Notes under the pieces: generated by a model
Told to the model about the DNA's origin: nothing
Database searches by the model: none
Seen by the model: only the letters and a program-made list of their open reading frames with translations
Made by a program: the position numbers and the translations under genes
Assembly: GCA_902768325.1 (NCBI GenBank)
Contig: CACXKY010000002.1
Location: forward strand, 1,087-65,086
Reading direction: 5' to 3'
From: Fibrobacter succinogenes
Lineage (GTDB): Bacteria > Fibrobacterota > Fibrobacteria > Fibrobacterales > Fibrobacteraceae
Length of the DNA stretch: 64,000 nucleotides
Part shown: positions 19,056-29,300 of the stretch, one piece after another
Numbering within the stretch: position 1 is the first letter of the stretch
Layout of the letters: each line of letters begins with the position of its first letter

Positions 19056-20783
19056 CTAGGGATTCTGCACGCAGCGCAACGAGCAGAACGTCGACTTGGC
19101 GAAATCGTCGTAGCCCCAGTCCTTATCACCGCTATAGAAGCCGACGGCGTAGGCATAGCTAGACCCGGCCTGGTTCAAAGAGCAGAAGATCGTCGTGACG
19201 TTCTTTCCATAATTGGAGCTGGAAGACTTGTAGCCAACCGGGAGCGCGCTAAAGCCGAGGGAGTTCGTCGGCGAAGCGGCTTCGTAGCTGCTGCCGGAAT
19301 AGAACACCCAGGCGTCAACAGCCTTCAACGCAACCGTAGAGGTGCCTGCAGCCTGATACAGATTCTTCCATTCCGTCGTATCCGGCACGTGCCAGCCGGC
19401 AGGGCATGCACCCTGACGCGGAGCCGAAAGCGAATCCACGCTCACCGAGGAGCTCACGTACGTAGAAGGCAGGTTCACGGCAGCATTCCACCTGTAAAGG
19501 CGGCCACCCACAGAACAGGATGCATCGTCCCCAAGAGCGCAAGACGTTCCGCCAATAAGGTTCGGCATAGCCACCGTATCGCGGTAGTTCAAGTTCTGGG
19601 CCATCCACACGGCACCGCCAATAGTGACCGTCTTGTAGACCTTGCCATCACGGCTATCCGTGAGCTTGCCGTAGGTGATATCCGGATTGGTCCAATCCGT
19701 CTTGCTCGCACTGTAGAGGGAGTCCTGGGTCCATACGCCATCGGAGCACTTGAACGTATAGCCGGCATGCTTGTACGTCTTGCCGTCGCGGGCATCCGTA
19801 CAGGCGTAAAGCAAGCAGACGTCCATATCCGTAGCGGCACGCCAGCCCTTATCGTACACATAATAGAGCAGTCTAGAATTGTTAACCGCGCAAGCGCTGT
19901 TTAGATTGTCGTAGTAATCGCTCCAGGAATCGTAGCTGAACTGACCTTCCCTGAACTCGCCATCCGAACCAGCCGCCCAGCCGACGGTATCGATCATGGT
20001 CACAGACGGGTTCCTCCAGCTACCATAGCTGGCATCACAATAGTAATAGCCGTAGCTGGAAGCGTTATAGTAGTCCACCACGCCATTGGTATCATAGACG
20101 ATTTCGTTGTCACGCTTGTCCGTGCACTTGCCGAAAATGGATTCCATGATATTGAACGAAGAAGACGAACTGGAGTAATAAGAGGAAGAGGACGAATAAC
20201 GGCTGGAAGAACTCGTCGAACCCGAGGACGTAAGCCAGAGGTTGTATTCGACCCATTCCCCTTCAGAGCAGATGACCCTTTGCTTCATGGAGGACAGGTA
20301 AATAATCGCACCCGTCACAGAAGGCAAGCAGGCCGGCAAGGCGTTCATAGAACGCACTGAATCCGGCAACGTCTGCAAGGAAAGTTCAAGCCACTCGCCG
20401 CTAACGCACACGAGGTTGAGGTTCATGCTCTTGACGTAATTCACCGTCTTTTCGCGAGAAGTGTTACAATAAGGCAGGGCCGAATAGGTCGAAACCGTAT
20501 CGTCAACCTTGTCGGTGAACACCGACTTCTCGTAACGGCTCTTCCAGACGAAATAGTCAATCCAGTCACCTTCGTAGCACACCATTCGCTTGTTGTCTTC
20601 GGAAAGGTATACCACCATGCCGTTCCTCTTGGAGGTACACTTCATCGTTTCCAGATCATCGGCCGACTTCACATATTCATCGGCACTCACATCATCATCG
20701 AAACTATCATCATCGCTGCCGCAAGCAACAAAGGAGGCAAAAACGACAGACCAGGCCAAAAGCGCAAAAATTTTCTTTTTCAT
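19056..20783 (-). CDS. FISUMP (TIGR02145) domain lipoprotein
   Basis: Lipobox FVAC; C-terminal LTDSRDGKVYKTVTIG..WMAQNLNY, GRLYRW, CPAGWHVP and SLRC; Ser-rich linker. Confidence 0.9.
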   Translation of the reverse strand: MKKKIFALLAWSVVFASFVACGSDDDSFDDDVSADEYVKSADDLETMKCTSKRNGMVVYLSEDNKRMVCYEGDWIDYFVWKSRYEKSVFTDKVDDTVSTYSALPYCNTSREKTVNYVKSMNLNLVCVSGEWLELSLQTLPDSVRSMNALPACLPSVTGAIIYLSSMKQRVICSEGEWVEYNLWLTSSGSTSSSSRYSSSSSYYSSSSSSFNIMESIFGKCTDKRDNEIVYDTNGVVDYYNASSYGYYYCDASYGSWRNPSVTMIDTVGWAAGSDGEFREGQFSYDSWSDYYDNLNSACAVNNSRLLYYVYDKGWRAATDMDVCLLYACTDARDGKTYKHAGYTFKCSDGVWTQDSLYSASKTDWTNPDITYGKLTDSRDGKVYKTVTIGGAVWMAQNLNYRDTVAMPNLIGGTSCALGDDASCSVGGRLYRWNAAVNLPSTYVSSSVSVDSLSAPRQGACPAGWHVPDTTEWKNLYQAAGTSTVALKAVDAWVFYSGSSYEAASPTNSLGFSALPVGYKSSSSNYGKNVTTIFCSLNQAGSSYAYAVGFYSGDKDWGYDDFAKSTFCSLRCVQNP

Positions 20784-20793
20784 TTTAACCCCC

Positions 20794-22653
20794 TTAATCC
20801 TCGTCTTCCACGCTGCTGGAAGATTCAATCACCTGCGAGCTGCTCAGTTCCACAACAGCCGAAGAACTGATCAACACGGCAGAACTACTCGTTCCGGGAA
20901 CAGAGGAACTGCTCGATACCGGAACCACCGCGCTGCTCAACACCGGAGCCGCTCCGGTATTCATAATGCAGCGCAGAGAGCAATAGGAGCTCTTCGTCAG
21001 GGTCGTCTTGGTCAGACTGTTCGAGTTGTAGGCCATCGTGTATACGTAACTCTTGTTCGAAGCATACTGGTTCGACGTACAGAAGGTCGTCTCGTAACCA
21101 CCATCCACAGTCGGGGTCTCGCCAGCCGGGATAGCGGTAAATCCAGAAGCATTCGTCGGGGTAACGGAACTATAGTAATGCCATGCACCGACAGCCATAA
21201 GGGCTACCGCCGTATAGTTTTTCATGAGGGTTCCCCATTCCGTGGTATCGGGGACATGCCAACCGTCGGGGCAGATGCCCGTGGTATCGAAATCTTCGGA
21301 AAGGTAGGTGTCGTAGTCCGAGATGAGGCCCATCGCCGCAGCCCAGCTATAGAAACGTCCGCCCTTTTCGCAGTTTTCAGGCTTGTTGTTGTAGCACTTG
21401 TTATGGAACTGGAGAACCGGAGTCTGGGCAGAATCCGCATACTTCAGGTTTTCTGCCAGCCAAGTCTGGGAACCCAGTTTTACAGTCTTGTAGATGCGGC
21501 TATCGCGCTTATCCGTAATCGTCCCGTAAGAAACGTCGCTGTTGAAGAAGTTCGTCGAAACATCCATTTCGTAGAACAGCTGTTCCTTCCAAGCCGTACC
21601 GTTGCACTGGTAGCTCGTCGCGCCCTTCTTCGAGACCGCACCGTAGTTCTTGCCGATACAGGCCTTGTTGAAGCAGACTTCAAAATCGTCAGCCTTGCGC
21701 CATTGTCCATTGGCAAACACATAGACAACGCGGTTGCCGCGGTCAAACGGAGCGGTGCACTGTGCATCCGTCGTGGTGGAAACTTCGGTCCACAGGCCCT
21801 TCTTGATAGCGCCTTCCACGGTATCTGCCGGGAAGCCCCTCGTATCCAGATAATATTCCGTCGTCGAGAGCCAGATGCCAGAACGGCATTCATAGGTATC
21901 GGTACTCGTCGCATTGATGACTCCGTCCACGTCTACAGCGAGAGATCCTTCCCTCGAGGCATCGCAAACGCCCAGGACCGTATCGCGCAGGACATTGCCC
22001 TTGTTATACGTCCTTACCGAAGAACTGGAAGAACGGTAGCTGGAGCTCGACCAGGTTTCATACTGCGTCCAGTCTCCATCTTCACAAACGAGTTCCATTT
22101 CATCGTCCAAGACGTAAATAACATCCCCTTCATGCGAGTCGTCGCACTTGTACGAGGTAATTTTCGACAGCGTCGAAATCGTATCGCGTTTCGAACCGGA
22201 CGAGCTGCTAGACTTCGGCTTGGCCGGCTTGTACTCGCTCCATTCGTAGTTGTAGCAACGCATGTACGAATTGATCGAAGCGATAAACACGACATCACCA
22301 TCGTAACTATTGCTACAGGAGTAGAGGTAGTCCAGCGACGGGATGGTGTCGTCGGCCTCGGCATAGATGTTCAGCTTACCGCGGGAACTTGCCGAACCGC
22401 TAGGGTCGGTCGAAACGATAAATTCAGACCAGAAACCGTCTTCGCAGTACAGGTACATGCGTTCGGAAGCCAAATAGACGGAGTCCCCATCATTTTTCTT
22501 GGTGCAAAGCGGAAGATCGTCATACGAATCGACCTTCGAATAACGCTGGGTCGGATCCAGATCATCAGCTTCGGAAGATTTATCGCCACAAGCAAAGAAC
22601 AGGCTTGACAGCAACGAACCTATTACAGCTAGTTTAAACCAATACACTTTCAC
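20794..22653 (-). CDS. FISUMP (TIGR02145) domain lipoprotein
   Basis: GTG start after an AGGAGG SD; lipobox FFAC; TDKRDSRIYKTVKLG..WLAENL, CPDGWHVP and SLRC; Ser-rich tail. Confidence 0.88.
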   Translation of the reverse strand: MKVYWFKLAVIGSLLSSLFFACGDKSSEADDLDPTQRYSKVDSYDDLPLCTKKNDGDSVYLASERMYLYCEDGFWSEFIVSTDPSGSASSRGKLNIYAEADDTIPSLDYLYSCSNSYDGDVVFIASINSYMRCYNYEWSEYKPAKPKSSSSSGSKRDTISTLSKITSYKCDDSHEGDVIYVLDDEMELVCEDGDWTQYETWSSSSYRSSSSSVRTYNKGNVLRDTVLGVCDASREGSLAVDVDGVINATSTDTYECRSGIWLSTTEYYLDTRGFPADTVEGAIKKGLWTEVSTTTDAQCTAPFDRGNRVVYVFANGQWRKADDFEVCFNKACIGKNYGAVSKKGATSYQCNGTAWKEQLFYEMDVSTNFFNSDVSYGTITDKRDSRIYKTVKLGSQTWLAENLKYADSAQTPVLQFHNKCYNNKPENCEKGGRFYSWAAAMGLISDYDTYLSEDFDTTGICPDGWHVPDTTEWGTLMKNYTAVALMAVGAWHYYSSVTPTNASGFTAIPAGETPTVDGGYETTFCTSNQYASNKSYVYTMAYNSNSLTKTTLTKSSYCSLRCIMNTGAAPVLSSAVVPVSSSSSVPGTSSSAVLISSSAVVELSSSQVIESSSSVEDED

Positions 22654-22708
22654 AGCGTATCCTCCTTTTGGTACGTTTATAATATAATTAAATGACAAAG
22701 GAGTAGGA

Positions 22709-24064
22709 TTAGCGGCGCAGGACCTTTCCGACCAAAATAGTCGAAAGAATGCTTTCTTTTTCAGGAATGGCGCACAATTTCTTCAAATTTTCGTGAAAAA
22801 CGAAGTGTTCCGCGCGGGCACACTTGTTCAAGAGCCGGGCGGAAACATCCAAAGTCTCGACGAGGGCGCCGGCATTGAGGTTTAAGTACCGGTAGGCGCG
22901 TTCCCCCAGAAGGCTGCACGCCTCGCTCAAATCCGCGGTAAGAATCACCGCGAAAGACGTGTTCTGCGCCTGCTCCGGAATCGCAAAGCACTTCACGAAC
23001 TTCTTGATATCCAGCTGGCCCGCCTGCATGTACAAGGACTTGCGTACAGGCACGTAACGGTAGGATCCCGGATAAACGAACATCGCATCGAAAACGACAA
23101 CCCAAGCCTTGAGAAGCCCGGCGCCAAACGCATTGAACTGACCCATTTCCATCCACCGCAAAATAGACGAAAAGTCATCCAGGTCCATGGTGACCGCCCC
23201 GAAAGGGACCTTCTTCACCAGAGGTTCCCCCAGGAACCAGATTTCACGCATGATGTAATCGGCCGGGAACTTAGAGGGCGCCAGCGGGAATTCTTCGCCC
23301 GGCAAGGCCTTCGTCGCCACGCGGCGCACCTTGACGCACCGTGAAAGTTCGTTGATGCACTCGCCCCGATTCTGGAGCATAAAACGCGCCGGGTAACGCA
23401 TGCCCGGTTCCAGAGTCTCGTTGCGGTTGGAATAGGCGAACTCGCCCACGCCTTCGTCAACCGAATTGAACGCCACCGCACTATTTTCGGGGAAAAGGGC
23501 CACTGCGGCAAGCGGGATTTCGGAACCGCCGAGCCCGAGAGCCACCGCGACGGCGTCGTCGACAAAGGCCCCTACAGGGAAAACGCGCTTGCCCTTCGAC
23601 TTCGCGTAAATCATGGTATCGGCGCAGGCGGCACCGACATCCACTTGGACCTGGCGGTATGACGCTTCCCTATACCGCCACACGGCGCGCTCCATCATTC
23701 CCGTGTAGATGTAAAATTCTTCGGCCTGCGTCACGATTTCCTTTTCGGGGAAGGCATCGGCAATTGCAGACATCATCGGTTTCTGGCCGATATTCACGAG
23801 TTCCTGGGATTCTGTATCGTAATAATAGACGCCATCAGGCACAGCCCCGTTACGGATGACCACGTAGACGGCCACCGACTGCAGGCCATCGGCAAAAACG
23901 GGCGCATGGAGGGGTCGTTTGGATTCTCCCAGCGGGAAGCGTTTCGCGCCCACGTACCGCTTGTCGGCAAGCGGTACCGTTTCCCAATGCAAGGCTATCG
24001 GATCCCCGACGCTGCGCGGTGCGTAAAGCGTCGATTCATGGTATGTCTCGGAATAGAATTGCAC
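22709..24064 (-). CDS. SagB/ThcOx-like tandem nitroreductase-domain protein
   Basis: N-terminal YHEST; two nitroreductase-like halves (DGVYYY...WRYREASYR..VDVG and PGSYRY...ERAYRY..LNAG). GTG start is inferred. Confidence 0.7.
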   Translation of the reverse strand: MQFYSETYHESTLYAPRSVGDPIALHWETVPLADKRYVGAKRFPLGESKRPLHAPVFADGLQSVAVYVVIRNGAVPDGVYYYDTESQELVNIGQKPMMSAIADAFPEKEIVTQAEEFYIYTGMMERAVWRYREASYRQVQVDVGAACADTMIYAKSKGKRVFPVGAFVDDAVAVALGLGGSEIPLAAVALFPENSAVAFNSVDEGVGEFAYSNRNETLEPGMRYPARFMLQNRGECINELSRCVKVRRVATKALPGEEFPLAPSKFPADYIMREIWFLGEPLVKKVPFGAVTMDLDDFSSILRWMEMGQFNAFGAGLLKAWVVVFDAMFVYPGSYRYVPVRKSLYMQAGQLDIKKFVKCFAIPEQAQNTSFAVILTADLSEACSLLGERAYRYLNLNAGALVETLDVSARLLNKCARAEHFVFHENLKKLCAIPEKESILSTILVGKVLRR

Positions 24065-24221
24065 GGAACAAAAGATAACAAGATTGTCACGATTTCTGCG
24101 CTTTGGGAACCGATTTCGCGGCAAGAACCAAACAGTTGATACAGCTCTATCGTTTTTTCGCATTCAACAGGAAAAAAATTCCGCTTTTTTTTGTAAATTC
24201 AAGAAAAAAAAGAGGTCACCC

Positions 24222-26237
24222 ATGTCTATCATGAAATATTTTCTCGCCCTTTCGGCTACGGCTGCCGCCCTCCTGATCGGCTGCGGCGATTCCGCTACCG
24301 ATTCCACAGTCACCAACGAAGTCGAAATCCAGCAGGACTCCGTCGCTCTCCCGGATACATCGAACAAGGCGGACTCGGGTAGCGTCACGGACCCCCAGGA
24401 AGGAAAGGACACTACGGCCGCCCCGAAGGACTCGGTCCCGGCCTTCACCATTCCCGAAGAAGCGGCCGAAATCACCGCCGAGCTCACGATTACCAAGGAT
24501 ACCGGCAAGGGACTCCTCCTCGATGACTTCGAAGACGGCGACAACATGAGCCTCCTCGGCGAAAACTACTGGTACACTTACGACGACACCGACAATGATG
24601 GTGCCTCCATCATCCTGACCCCGCTCACCGAGGAAGGCTACCCGAAGGCTCGCCGCTCCGACAACGGCACCAACTACGCCTGGGCCGTCTACTTCAAGCT
24701 GGACAAGGGCGAATACAAGTACGATCCGTACGTCGGCTGGGGCGTCGAACTCCCGGATGACAGCACCCTCGATTACGCCCACCTCGGCGGCGTCACCTAC
24801 TGGTACAAGGGCTGCGCCCACGAAATCCACGTGGAAACGTCCGACATCAAGGACTACGACGTCCACCTCGCCAAGCTCCCCGCCGCCCGTACGTGGACCA
24901 AGGCATCCATCCGTTTCAAGGACCTTGAACAAGGCGGCTGGGGCAAGGAAGTCGCTTTCGATGCGGCCCACCTCGTCAAGATTAGCTTCCAGGCCAAGGG
25001 CAACGGCAAGAACGATTCCGTCCTCATCGACAACATCTACCTGCAGGACACGAGCGAAGTGGCGAAGGATACCGCCGATATGGAAATCAAGGACGCCGAG
25101 ATTCCCGAGGTGACTATCGGCGACATCACCATCACCAACGAATTGCAGGCCAAGGCGATGAAGTACCTCGACAAGGGCATCAACATCACGAACTGGCTCG
25201 AAGAAGACGGCACGCTGTTCAAGGGAACGTTCAAGTTCAACGAGGAAGACGTGAAGCTCATGGCCGATAACGGCATCAAGTCGCTGCGCCTCCCCATCGA
25301 CCTCGACCAGTACGCCACCAACCGCGACAAGTTCGTGGCCGATACGACCGGAACCGTCGAGCTCGCCTTTGACGATACGAACCTCTTCGCCGTCCTCGAT
25401 TCCTTCGTGGAATGGACCGGCAAGCACGGCATGTCGTTCGTCATCGACTACCACGAATACGACAACAGCTATAACCTTACAAACGCCAAGAAGCCCCGCT
25501 ACACCAAGATGATGGCAAGCGTCTGGAAACACGTGGCGGAACACTACGCAAGCAACGAACGCGAAGACATCTTCTTTGAACTCCTGAACGAACCCGACAT
25601 GTCCCAAGGCAAGGTGACCTCGGCCCTGTGGCATGCCGCGGCACAGGAAGACATCGACTCCATCCGCACCGTCGACACGAAGCACACCATCATCTTCGGC
25701 GATGCCCAGTGGTACTCCATCAGCCTGCTCGCGAAGAGCACGCCTTTCGCCGACAACAACATCATCTACGCCATCCACACCTACGAACCGTTCGTGTTCA
25801 CGCACCAGAGCGCCAACTGGACCGACCTCAAGACCGTCAAGAACTTGATGTTCCCCTACGACAAGGAAAAGTGGTCGGAATACAGCGCCGACTTCGGTGT
25901 CACCAAGGCCGTCCCCAAAAATTACAAGAACAGCATCCTGAACTACTACAGGATTGGCAACAAGGAGTACATCCTCAAGACCATTCTCCCCGCCAAGGAA
26001 TGGGCCGTCAAGAATAACGTTCCCATCATCATCAACGAATTTGGCGCTTACAATTTGAAGACCGACAAGCAGTCCGTACTGAACTACATGACTGCCATGA
26101 GGGAAATCGGCGACACCCTGCAGATTCCGCTCACGCACTGGGGCTATACCGGCGGGTTCGCGCTGTTCGAATCCGAAGGTGCAAGCCCGAAGGGCACCAA
26201 GCTTATCGAAGGCATGAAGGAAGCCTTCGGTCTGTAG
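24222..26237 (+). CDS. GH5 endoglucanase lipoprotein with N-terminal CBM11-like module (Cel-3-like)
   Basis: Lipobox LIGC; LLDDFEDGD..WYTYDD CBM; GINITNWLE, SLRLPID, IDYH, FELLNEP (acid/base) and INEFG (nucleophile). Confidence 0.9.
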   Translation: MSIMKYFLALSATAAALLIGCGDSATDSTVTNEVEIQQDSVALPDTSNKADSGSVTDPQEGKDTTAAPKDSVPAFTIPEEAAEITAELTITKDTGKGLLLDDFEDGDNMSLLGENYWYTYDDTDNDGASIILTPLTEEGYPKARRSDNGTNYAWAVYFKLDKGEYKYDPYVGWGVELPDDSTLDYAHLGGVTYWYKGCAHEIHVETSDIKDYDVHLAKLPAARTWTKASIRFKDLEQGGWGKEVAFDAAHLVKISFQAKGNGKNDSVLIDNIYLQDTSEVAKDTADMEIKDAEIPEVTIGDITITNELQAKAMKYLDKGINITNWLEEDGTLFKGTFKFNEEDVKLMADNGIKSLRLPIDLDQYATNRDKFVADTTGTVELAFDDTNLFAVLDSFVEWTGKHGMSFVIDYHEYDNSYNLTNAKKPRYTKMMASVWKHVAEHYASNEREDIFFELLNEPDMSQGKVTSALWHAAAQEDIDSIRTVDTKHTIIFGDAQWYSISLLAKSTPFADNNIIYAIHTYEPFVFTHQSANWTDLKTVKNLMFPYDKEKWSEYSADFGVTKAVPKNYKNSILNYYRIGNKEYILKTILPAKEWAVKNNVPIIINEFGAYNLKTDKQSVLNYMTAMREIGDTLQIPLTHWGYTGGFALFESEGASPKGTKLIEGMKEAFGL

Positions 26238-26259
26238 AGATCCTCCTAACCCCAAAACA

Positions 26260-26289
26260 AAGCCGTGCGAGTCACTCGCACGGTTTTTT
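26260..26289 (+). terminator. Intrinsic terminator after the GH5 gene
   Basis: GCCGTGCGAG-TCA-CTCGCACGGT stem followed by a T-run. Confidence 0.8.
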
Positions 26290-26371
26290 GATTATCCGGA
26301 CTATGTTCAAACTCACATATAAATGTCTCATTGTGGGCGCGGGAGCGCAAATTTCCTAAATTAGGTGTAGA

Positions 26372-29300
26372 ATGTTTTTTGACGCGACACGGATACTGAC
26401 CTGCGCCGCGGCGTTCCTGGCCGGGACCGCCGTTGCAGCCGGTTTTTACGGCAATAATAGTGACATCCACTGGAAGACGGCCGGTACAGACCATTTCCAG
26501 TTCATCTACCCCATCGAATATTCAAGCCACGCCGCCAAGGTTTCCGCCTACGCCGAAGCCGTCTACGACTCCGTCGTGAACCGCTACCACCACGACTTGC
26601 CCCGCCGCGTGAGCGCGACCCTCAACAACGCCCTCTACAGCAACGGCAACGCCATCCCGAGCGAAAACTCCATCAACCTCTGGCTCACCAACTGGGATTT
26701 CAAGGTCCGCAGCAGCCACGGCTGGCTTTCCGACGTGGTGACACACGAATTCAGCCACCTCGTGAGCATCGAGAACGCAAGCAAGTTCAAGCCGAGCATT
26801 TACGGATTGCAACTCAGCTACACCGACTACTACAACGAACGGACCACGCAAGATTTTGCGACCATGATCCCGTTCACGCTACAACCGCTCTGGTTCGCCG
26901 AAGGTACCGCGCAATACGAATCGAGCCGTATGGGCTTTGACGCCTGGGACAGCCACCGCGACATGCTGTTGCGCGTCGCCGCCCTGAACGACAGTCTCCT
27001 TACGCTCCCCTACATGCACGACTTCTCGGACAACTCGCTGTTCGCGGAACTCGGTCCCTACACGCAGGGATTCTCGCTCGTGCGCTACATCAGCAAGACC
27101 TACGGCGAAGACGCCGTCCCCAAGATTTGGCACGAGATGTCCAAGTTCTACCGCCTCTCGCTGGACGGAGCCATCAAGAAAGTCCTCGGCATCAGCGAGC
27201 AGGAACTCTACGAAAAGTGGAAAGCCGATATCACCGCGCAATACAAGGCACAGCGTGATTCCCTCGGTACCCTCGTCGAAGGAACGAAACTGACCGAAGA
27301 CGCGTTCTGGCAAGACTTCCCCGTCATCGCAGGCGGCAATGTCTACGGAGTCTCGAACTTTGGCGGTCCCTGGTTCGACGGCGGGATTTTCAAGATGCCG
27401 CTTGATGAGACGAAAGACAGCACAAAAGACAGCGCCGCAGTCAAGGATTCCACCGAAAAGATTGACGGCGTGGAAGTCGGCAACATCGAAGTCGAAAACG
27501 AAAGCACGACCATCGACATCACGGATTATGCGAAGCACGGTTTCAAGACCGAAAAGGCCTGGTTCGACAAGGGCATCGACGTCCACGAAGACAGCGCCCA
27601 GGGGCCAGTCCTCGCCTACGTGAGTTACAAGAACCGCGACAAGGACGGACACGCGCACTTTGACATCGCCGTGAGCGACACGAACAAGAACGCCCTGACC
27701 GTCACCTACCTCGCCGACGCCGTCTACCCCACAATCGACGCCCAGGGAACGACCATCGCCTTCGCCATGCGCGAGCCCTTCAGCACCCGCTTCAAGCTTT
27801 CCAAGGTCCCCTACCCGAAAGACCTCAAGGACTACACCTCCGACGACCCGGTCGACATTTTCGTTCCCGACGCCAAGTTCAGCTACTACAACATCTATAG
27901 CCCCAAGTTCAGCCCCGACGGCAAGAAAATCGCGTTCGGATTCTTCGACGACAGCACGCGCGGCATCGCCATCATCGACGCCGACGGCAAGAACATGAAG
28001 GTCGTAAGCAACGCAAGCTACGACGAACGCGACGTGAACTGGATCGACGATGACAAGATCGTTTTCGCAAGCAACAGGAACGGCATCTTCAACCTCATCG
28101 AGAAAACGCTTTCCACCGGAGCCGAGCGCGCCATCACCAACGTCGTCGGCGGCGCCTTCACCCCGGCACTGGCAGGCGACACGCTCTACTTCACGCAGTA
28201 CGACAAGGACGGATTCTCGCTCTACAAGCTCCCCTACGGCGAAGTCCCGATGGTCGCCGACACGACCGTGAACATCACGGAACGCGACAGCGTCATCCAG
28301 GTCGCGGATACGGTATGGGCATGTATAGCTCCAGATTCCGGCTCCCTTCGACTTCGCTCAGGGCAGGCTCTGGCCGGAATGACGCAAGATACGGTGGCCG
28401 GAACGGCGCAGGACTCCTGCACGAAATCGCCGACGGTCACGATGCGCGATTCGACCATCAAGGTCGCCGACACTGTCCGTACCGTCACGCAGAAGCCCGC
28501 CCCCGCGGCCATCACGCTGCACGGAAGCCCTCTCCCCAAAACCGAGAAGCCTCTCGAACTGCGTGACATCGAATTCGCAGGTATCGAACGCGACTACAGG
28601 CCCATCCCGAACATCCCGCTATTCGTCCCGATGTTCGTCCTGAGCGAAAACGCCCCCGACCTCACCGTCTTCGGTGACGGCCAGCTCAAGGCAAAAATCG
28701 GCCTCGCCGCCATCCTCTCCGACCCGCTCAAGAAAAACGTCGTGCAGATGGGCCTTTTGCTCGAAGTCGGCAACGGCATCGACTACATCAACAGCTCCGG
28801 ACTCAATCCGGAACAGGAAAAAGAATTCTTCGTCTCGTGGGAAAACAGGAGCACGCCTATTGACCTTGCGCTCAGCTATTCCTACGCGAACTACACGAGC
28901 AAGGACACCGTCCGCTACGAAGACGTCCGCGCCCACAACGGCGACAGCATCGGCACGAGCAATTACGCCATTCCCATGCAGTCCATCGTAGGCGGCGCCG
29001 GCTACAGCATCTTCAAGAGCATCGATACCCTGCAGGTCGCACTCGGTTACGACTGGGCGAACTTCAACCTGTACGAAGACAACTTCGACTGGACTTACCA
29101 GAAGAGGATCAGCGCTCTCGTCGCCATCGGCCTCTACGGCGACCACGAGGAAGGCGCCGAGATTACCGGACAGGGCAACGGGCTTAGGCTGTACTACCAG
29201 TACGCGAATTCCGACCTCTACCGCCCGGGCACCTTCGCCGAAAGCTTTACCGTGACGGCAAGCGGCTCCATCAAGCCCAAGTACAGGAACTTCAACATCA

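Noticed and set aside
22709-24064. RiPP (azole) biosynthetic cluster
   Set aside because: No YcaO, E1-like protein, precursor peptide or exporter nearby.
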